Shown here: in pieces, positions 59,316 through 64,000 of the stretch
Layout: each line of letters begins with the position of its first letter
Position numbering within the stretch: position 1 is the first letter of the stretch
Source: an uncultured Acidimicrobiales bacterium
GTDB lineage: Bacteria; Actinomycetota; Acidimicrobiia; Acidimicrobiales; DATKAS01
Length of the DNA: 64,000 nt
Assembly: GCA_963802505.1 (NCBI GenBank)
Contig: CAWDJB010000002.1
Coordinates: 532,627-596,626, forward strand
Direction: 5' to 3'
Program-made: the position numbers and the translations under genes
The notes under the pieces: generated by a model
Database searches by the model: none
Told to the model about the DNA's origin: nothing
The model's input: the letters and a program-made list of their open reading frames with translations, nothing else

Positions 59316-59391
59316 GAGCGCTCCTTCCGTTTCTTGACCCGTTCGGGACCGATGGTATGCAATGGCTGCAAGCAGAGGTCTGGGGGATGCC

Positions 59392-59967
59392 ATGGCCGGC
59401 ACCACGAACGACAACACCGAGTTCGAGCTACGGGGCTTCAACCATCTCGCCCTCGTGTGCCGTGACATGGCCGAGACCGTCGCTTGGTACCGCGACGTGC
59501 TCGGCATGAAGCTCGTGAAGACGCTCGAGCTGCCGGGTGGGCGCGGTCAGCACTTCTTCCTCGACATGGGCAACGGGCGCGACGGCATCGCGTTCTTCTG
59601 GTTCCCCGAGGCAAAGGAAGGGGTGCGCGGCGAGTCGCTCCAAGATCGCCGCGGCATGACCGCGATCGGCACCATGAACCACCTCGCGTTCGATGTGGCG
59701 CCCGAGAAGATAGACGAGTACCGGGCGAAGCTCGAGAGCAAGGGCGTCGCGGTCACCGAGATCATCAACCACTCCGACTCCCTGGAAGGTGGTCACAAGG
59801 CCGACTTCGACCCCGCCACCGACGGCGGCGACGTCTTCGTCCGGTCGATGTACTTCCAGGACCCGAACGGCACCTTGCTCGAGTTCGCGTGCTGGATGCG
59901 CGAGTTCAACGACGGCGACGTGAAGCACGAACCGGCGACCGCAGCCGGCGCGCCCGTCAGCGCCTGA
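59392..59967 (+). CDS. VOC-family (glyoxalase / bleomycin-resistance / dioxygenase) protein
   Basis: Two beta-alpha-beta-beta-beta modules (FNHLALVCRDM...; MNHLAFDV...). An alternative start at ATG 59362 is possible. Confidence 0.7.
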   Translation: MAGTTNDNTEFELRGFNHLALVCRDMAETVAWYRDVLGMKLVKTLELPGGRGQHFFLDMGNGRDGIAFFWFPEAKEGVRGESLQDRRGMTAIGTMNHLAFDVAPEKIDEYRAKLESKGVAVTEIINHSDSLEGGHKADFDPATDGGDVFVRSMYFQDPNGTLLEFACWMREFNDGDVKHEPATAAGAPVSA

Positions 59968-59970
59968 ACG

Positions 59971-60819
59971 TCAGCGCCTGATCGCCTCCGCGTCGCGCGC
60001 GTGGGCGGTGACGAGGTCGACCCACTCGTCCCAGTACGCCTCGGGATAGTCGTGGCCCATTCCCTCGAGGAGCACGAAGCGCGCGCCCGGGATGAGCTCG
60101 GCGGTGCGGCGCCCACCGCTCGGATCGAGGAGCGTGTCGGCACTGCCGTGCATCACGAGGGCTGGCACCGTCACATTCGGCAACGCGTCGGCCCGTGAGC
60201 CACTCGACATCACCGCCATGATCTGACGGACCACCCCGGGGGGGTCGAAGGCACGGTCGAACGCCTCGCCCGCGTACTGCGCCTGGGCAACCTCGTCGAC
60301 CTTGCCCGGGCTCCCCCATATCCCGAGGCCCTCGAGGTGGTTCGCGATCGCCGAGGCTCGGTCGGTCGCGGGCGGCCCGAAGAGTCGAGCCTGCGCCGCG
60401 GGCGTCGATTGGCCCACGTCCGGTTCGCCGGTCGTGGACATCACGGACGTCACCGACAGCAGGCGCTCCGGATGTTCGATCGCGAGCGTCTGCACGATCA
60501 TCCCGCCCATCGAGAGCCCCATGACGTGAGCGCGGGCCACACCGAGCGCGTCGAGCACTTCGATCACATCGCTCGCCATGTCGGAGAGCGTGTACGCCGC
60601 CTCGTTGGGCGGAGCGTCGGAGAAGTGCGTCGACAGCCCGACGTCTCGGTTGTCCATCCGCACGACGCGAAAGCCCTTGGCAGCGAAGCGCTTGCACCAT
60701 TCGACGCGGTAGTTGATGCACTGGCTCCCGAGCCCGTTGACTAGCACCAGCGTCGGGTCGGCTGCATCGCCGAAGCACTCGTAGAAGACCTGGACGTCAC
60801 CGTTCGTCGCGAATGTCAC
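59971..60819 (-). CDS. alpha/beta hydrolase
   Basis: VLVNGLGS oxyanion region and GLSMGG nucleophile elbow. Confidence 0.8.
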   Translation of the reverse strand: MTFATNGDVQVFYECFGDAADPTLVLVNGLGSQCINYRVEWCKRFAAKGFRVVRMDNRDVGLSTHFSDAPPNEAAYTLSDMASDVIEVLDALGVARAHVMGLSMGGMIVQTLAIEHPERLLSVTSVMSTTGEPDVGQSTPAAQARLFGPPATDRASAIANHLEGLGIWGSPGKVDEVAQAQYAGEAFDRAFDPPGVVRQIMAVMSSGSRADALPNVTVPALVMHGSADTLLDPSGGRRTAELIPGARFVLLEGMGHDYPEAYWDEWVDLVTAHARDAEAIRR

Positions 60820-60832
60820 CGTGCGAACCTCC

Positions 60833-62024
60833 TCAGCGCTGATCGAAAGCGAGATCGAACCGTTGCACCGCGCCGGCGAAGATGTTCCGCTCGATCACCG
60901 GCTCGCTGACCACCCGCAGGTTCGTGAACCGTCGGGCCATCTCCCCGAACAGCACCTGCAGCTCGAGGCGCGCCAGTGACTGTCCGATGCACACGTGCGG
61001 CCCGAAGCCGAACGCGATGTGCGGGTTCGGGTTGCGAGTGATGTCGAAGCGGAAGGGATCTGCGAACACCGACTCGTCGCGGTTCGCAGATGGGTACAGC
61101 AGCGCGATGCGATCGCCCGCCCGCACCGCGGTGTCACCGATGTGGTCATCGGCCACGGCGGTGCGGAACATCTGGTTCAGGGGCGACACCCACCGCAACA
61201 CCTCCTCCACGGCGTTCGCGACGAGCGACGGATCGGCGGCGAGGCGCTCCCACTGATCCGGGTGGTCACAGAACGCGCGCAGCCCGCGGGCGATCGCAGT
61301 GCGGGTCGTCTCGGCGCCACCCGAGATGAAGAGACCGGTCTCGTTCATGATCGTGCGGTCGTTCATCGGGCAGCCCTTGACGGTGGCGTTGGCCCATACG
61401 GAGATGAACGAACGGTCGGGCTCGACCCGGAGCTTCGGCACCGCCTCGTCGAGGAAGGCCTGGAATTCCATGATCGCGGCCATCAGGTCTTGGAACACCT
61501 GGCCGCTCCCGTCACGGGACAGAGAGTCGATCCGCATCATCCGCTCGGACCACGACTTGAGATCGCGCCAGCGTTCCGGCGGGAAGCCCAGCAGGTCGCA
61601 CGTGAGCCGGCTCGGATACTGGGCCGCGAGCGCGTCGACCACCTCGATCTCGCTGCGATCGGCGATCGCGTCGAGCAGCTCGTCGACCACCACTCGGATG
61701 AGCGGCTCCTCCACGCGCGGCTCCCCGAGGGGTGAGCCGGCGGGCGACGAGCGCTCGCTGTTCCGCGTGCCCAGGATCGTCCTGGGCGATCATGTTGTCC
61801 TCCTCGGGCGACCAGATCGACCGGTAGCCCCGGCTGCTCACGAACACTCGAGCCCGGCGCTCGACGTCGACGATGTCGGCATGACGCGTGACGCCGAGCA
61901 TGCCGGTCGTCGGATCGCGATAGACGGGGTCGTTCGCTCGCAGGTAGGTGAACGCCTCGTGCATGCCGTCGAGGTCGGCGTAGAACCCTTCGTCGAGCAG
62001 GTCGGGAGTCGTCGTCACTCGCAT
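60833..62024 (-). pseudogene. cytochrome P450, apparent frameshift near 61718
   Basis: N-terminal 100 aa (MRVTTTPDLLDEGFY...DDPGHAEQRALVARRLTPRG) in one frame. The rest ((V)EEPLIRVVVDELLD...GGAETT...EVLRW...FGFGPHVCIG) is in another. The junction lies at a GCGCG tract. Confidence 0.8.
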
Positions 62025-62115
62025 CGGACAGTTGTACACGGACGTGTGCCATCGCACTCGCGCCCTGTTTCCGACGGCACTTGACCGTCTGGGCCGCCCG
62101 AAGCGGTTGCAGCGG

Positions 62116-62913
62116 TCAAATGCCGGCCGATAGCGAGACGCGCGTCTTGAACGCCAAGAACGCGTAGCCATACACCTCGAACGTGCGGGCGTTGGCTTCG
62201 CCCTTCGCTCCACCGAATGTGTCGACGGCCTCGCCGATGGTCACGTCGGTGAAGCCGGAGGCTTCGAGCAGCGTCTGCCAGCCCGCACGGGGCAGCCCGC
62301 CGGCGATTCAGCCGGTCCAGAGGTCGACGTCGCGCATGGCCTCCAGGGGCACCGGTCGACCGTTGGCGATGTCGGCAAACTGCAGCCGCCCGTCGGGCTT
62401 GAGGACGCGAGAGATCTCGCCGAGCACCGTCTTCTTGTCCGGGCACAGGTTGATGACCCCGTTGGCGATGACGACATCCGCCCAGCTGTCCTCGACCGGA
62501 AGCGCCTCGGCGAACCCCTCGCGGAACTGCACGTGCTGGAGCCCGAGCATCGCGGCTGTGGAGCTCGACTTCTCGAGCATCTCGGGTGTCATGTCGACCC
62601 CGACGACCTCGCCGCTCGGACCAACCTGGGCCGCAGCGACGAAGCTGTCGAAGCCAGCGCCGGAGCCCACGTCCACTACTCGCTCACCCGGCGAAAGTGG
62701 GCGCAACGAGAAGGGATTTCCGACTCCTGCAAACGACTCGATCGCGCGGTCCGGCAGTGCGTCGACCGTGTCAGCTGCGTAGCCGAGACGTGCAGCCAGA
62801 AGACGGCCAGTGTGGAAATGGAACCCGCGCTCGGGCTCGTCGGCCACGTCCCGGTACTTCAGGCGCACCTGGTCACGCAGCACTTCGGGATCGATGAGGT
62901 GCTCCCGGCTCAC
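62116..62913 (-). pseudogene. class I SAM-dependent methyltransferase (ArsM-related) interrupted by one in-frame TGA (62308-62310)
   Basis: VVDVGSGAGFD SAM motif. After ...DVDLWTG the TGA is followed by 63 more open, protein-like codons (IAGGLPRAGWQTLLEASGFTDV...YGYAFLA...). Confidence 0.65.
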
Positions 62914-62941
62914 AGCACATGTATACGTCCCGGGAAGCGGA

Positions 62942-63871
62942 TCAGCTCATTCCGCCGCGCGCGCCGCCGCTGACAGTGATGGTCTGCCCGGTCACGTAGT
63001 CGGACAGCGGGGAGCACAACCAGAAGATCGCGTCGGCTGCGTCACGGATCGTGCCGCTGCGGCCGAGGGCGACCGTGCTCGTGGGCATCGTCCTCGCCTT
63101 GTACATCTCCTGGTCGGTGACGATGCGATCGGGATCGACCGTCACGCCCAGCCGCTCGGCCTGCTTCGCCGGCATCCCGACATGGATCGTGCGACCGCCT
63201 GTCTCGATCACCTCGTGCTCGGACTGCGGCAACCCGAACCGCGTCTGGATGACGCCGAACGCGACCGCGTTGACGTTGACGCGGAACCGACCCCACTCCT
63301 GAGCGAGAGTGCGCATGAGCCCGAGCATCCCGGCTTTGGCGGCGGCGTAGTTGGCGGCGCCGGCGAGACCCCACTGACCGGCGAGCGACGAGACCAAGAC
63401 GGTCTTTCGGTGGCGCTGCGCGACCCGCTCGTCGCCGGCCTCCGCCGCCGCGCGGAAGATCGGCGCGGTCGCCCGAGCGAGCCGGAAGGGAACGACCAGG
63501 TGGATGTCGAGCATCGCCTGGAACTGCTCGTCGCTCATGTTGTGGATGCCGCCGTCCCACGCGTAGCCGGCGTTGTTGACCACGATGTCGAGCGCTCCGT
63601 ACGTATCGAGCGCGTGGCGTACGAGGTCGTCGCACGCGCCCGGTGCGACGAGGTCCGCGACAAATGCGCTCGCCGCGCCATCCTCGATCTCGGCGCTGAG
63701 CGTGGCGACGGTCTCCTCGGCCTTCGCGCGGTCGACCTCGGCGATCACCACCCGCGCTCCGTTCGCAGCGAGCATGGTCGCGGTGGCGCCGCCGATGCCG
63801 CGTGCTCCTCCGGTCACGATCGCGACCTGCCCGGCCAAGAGGTCAGAGCGAAGCGTCGGTTCGATGAGCAT
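62942..63871 (-). CDS. short-chain dehydrogenase/reductase (FabG-like)
   Basis: The ATG at 63871 gives MLIEPT. TGGARGIG, NNAG and YAAAKAG (YxxxK) motifs. Confidence 0.8.
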   Translation of the reverse strand: MLIEPTLRSDLLAGQVAIVTGGARGIGGATATMLAANGARVVIAEVDRAKAEETVATLSAEIEDGAASAFVADLVAPGACDDLVRHALDTYGALDIVVNNAGYAWDGGIHNMSDEQFQAMLDIHLVVPFRLARATAPIFRAAAEAGDERVAQRHRKTVLVSSLAGQWGLAGAANYAAAKAGMLGLMRTLAQEWGRFRVNVNAVAFGVIQTRFGLPQSEHEVIETGGRTIHVGMPAKQAERLGVTVDPDRIVTDQEMYKARTMPTSTVALGRSGTIRDAADAIFWLCSPLSDYVTGQTITVSGGARGGMS

Positions 63872-64000
63872 CGGCGCACCCTTGCAGGCGCGATCGCCGG
63901 GCGCTCGGAGCGGCGCGAGACTTCGATGATGACGACACGGCACATCGCCCGAGTTGTCGGCGTCGCCGCGTCGAGCGCGCCGCACTGGCGAGTCGACCTA

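Noticed and set aside
62015-62446. 143-aa ORF spanning the gap between the P450 start and the methyltransferase tail.
   Set aside because: It has Arg/Ala-rich shadow composition and overlaps the well-conserved, in-frame continuation of the methyltransferase after its TGA.

Overview
This is a very GC-rich, gene-dense chromosomal window of about 68 genes. I found no rRNA, tRNA, CRISPR array, transposase or integrase. The furA-katG pair with a leaderless-type promoter, a mycothiol-type DinB-fold enzyme, a PIG-L deacetylase and the many GTG starts suggest Actinomycetota, but that is inference only.

The main feature is a complete cytosolic [NiFe]-hydrogenase supercluster of the high-affinity group 1h/5 (Hhy) type, spanning about 18.6-37.0 kb. 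The small subunit has no Tat signal. The large subunit carries the RICGICGDNH and DPCLPCGVH nickel-binding motifs. All six hyp maturation genes (hypA to hypF) and the maturation endopeptidase are present. Several non-canonical genes are translationally coupled into these operons:
- a NifU-like protein and three conserved proteins of unknown function
- a 34-aa membrane peptide
- two YceI-like lipid-binding modules, one fused to a PadR regulator
- two paralogous ~90-aa proteins
- a SIS protein and a SIS-HypC-like fusion
- a tandem-PAS protein with no output domain
- a Cas4/AddB-type Fe-S PD-(D/E)XK nuclease, transcribed divergently from hhyS

The flanks carry ordinary accessory metabolism: a Baeyer-Villiger monooxygenase, a GH1 glycosidase, an orphan form-II CoxL-like molybdoenzyme subunit, three PhyH dioxygenases, two P450s, three serine hydrolases, furA-katG, a sigma-ogt-2OG-oxygenase alkylation-repair operon, and an XRE/nucleotidyltransferase pair.

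At least 12 apparent single-base frame disruptions affect 10 genes, mostly at short homopolymers or GC repeats. One methyltransferase also has an in-frame TGA at a position I recall as a conserved Cys. These are either assembly errors or real gene decay. Every pseudogene call here depends on which of those is true.
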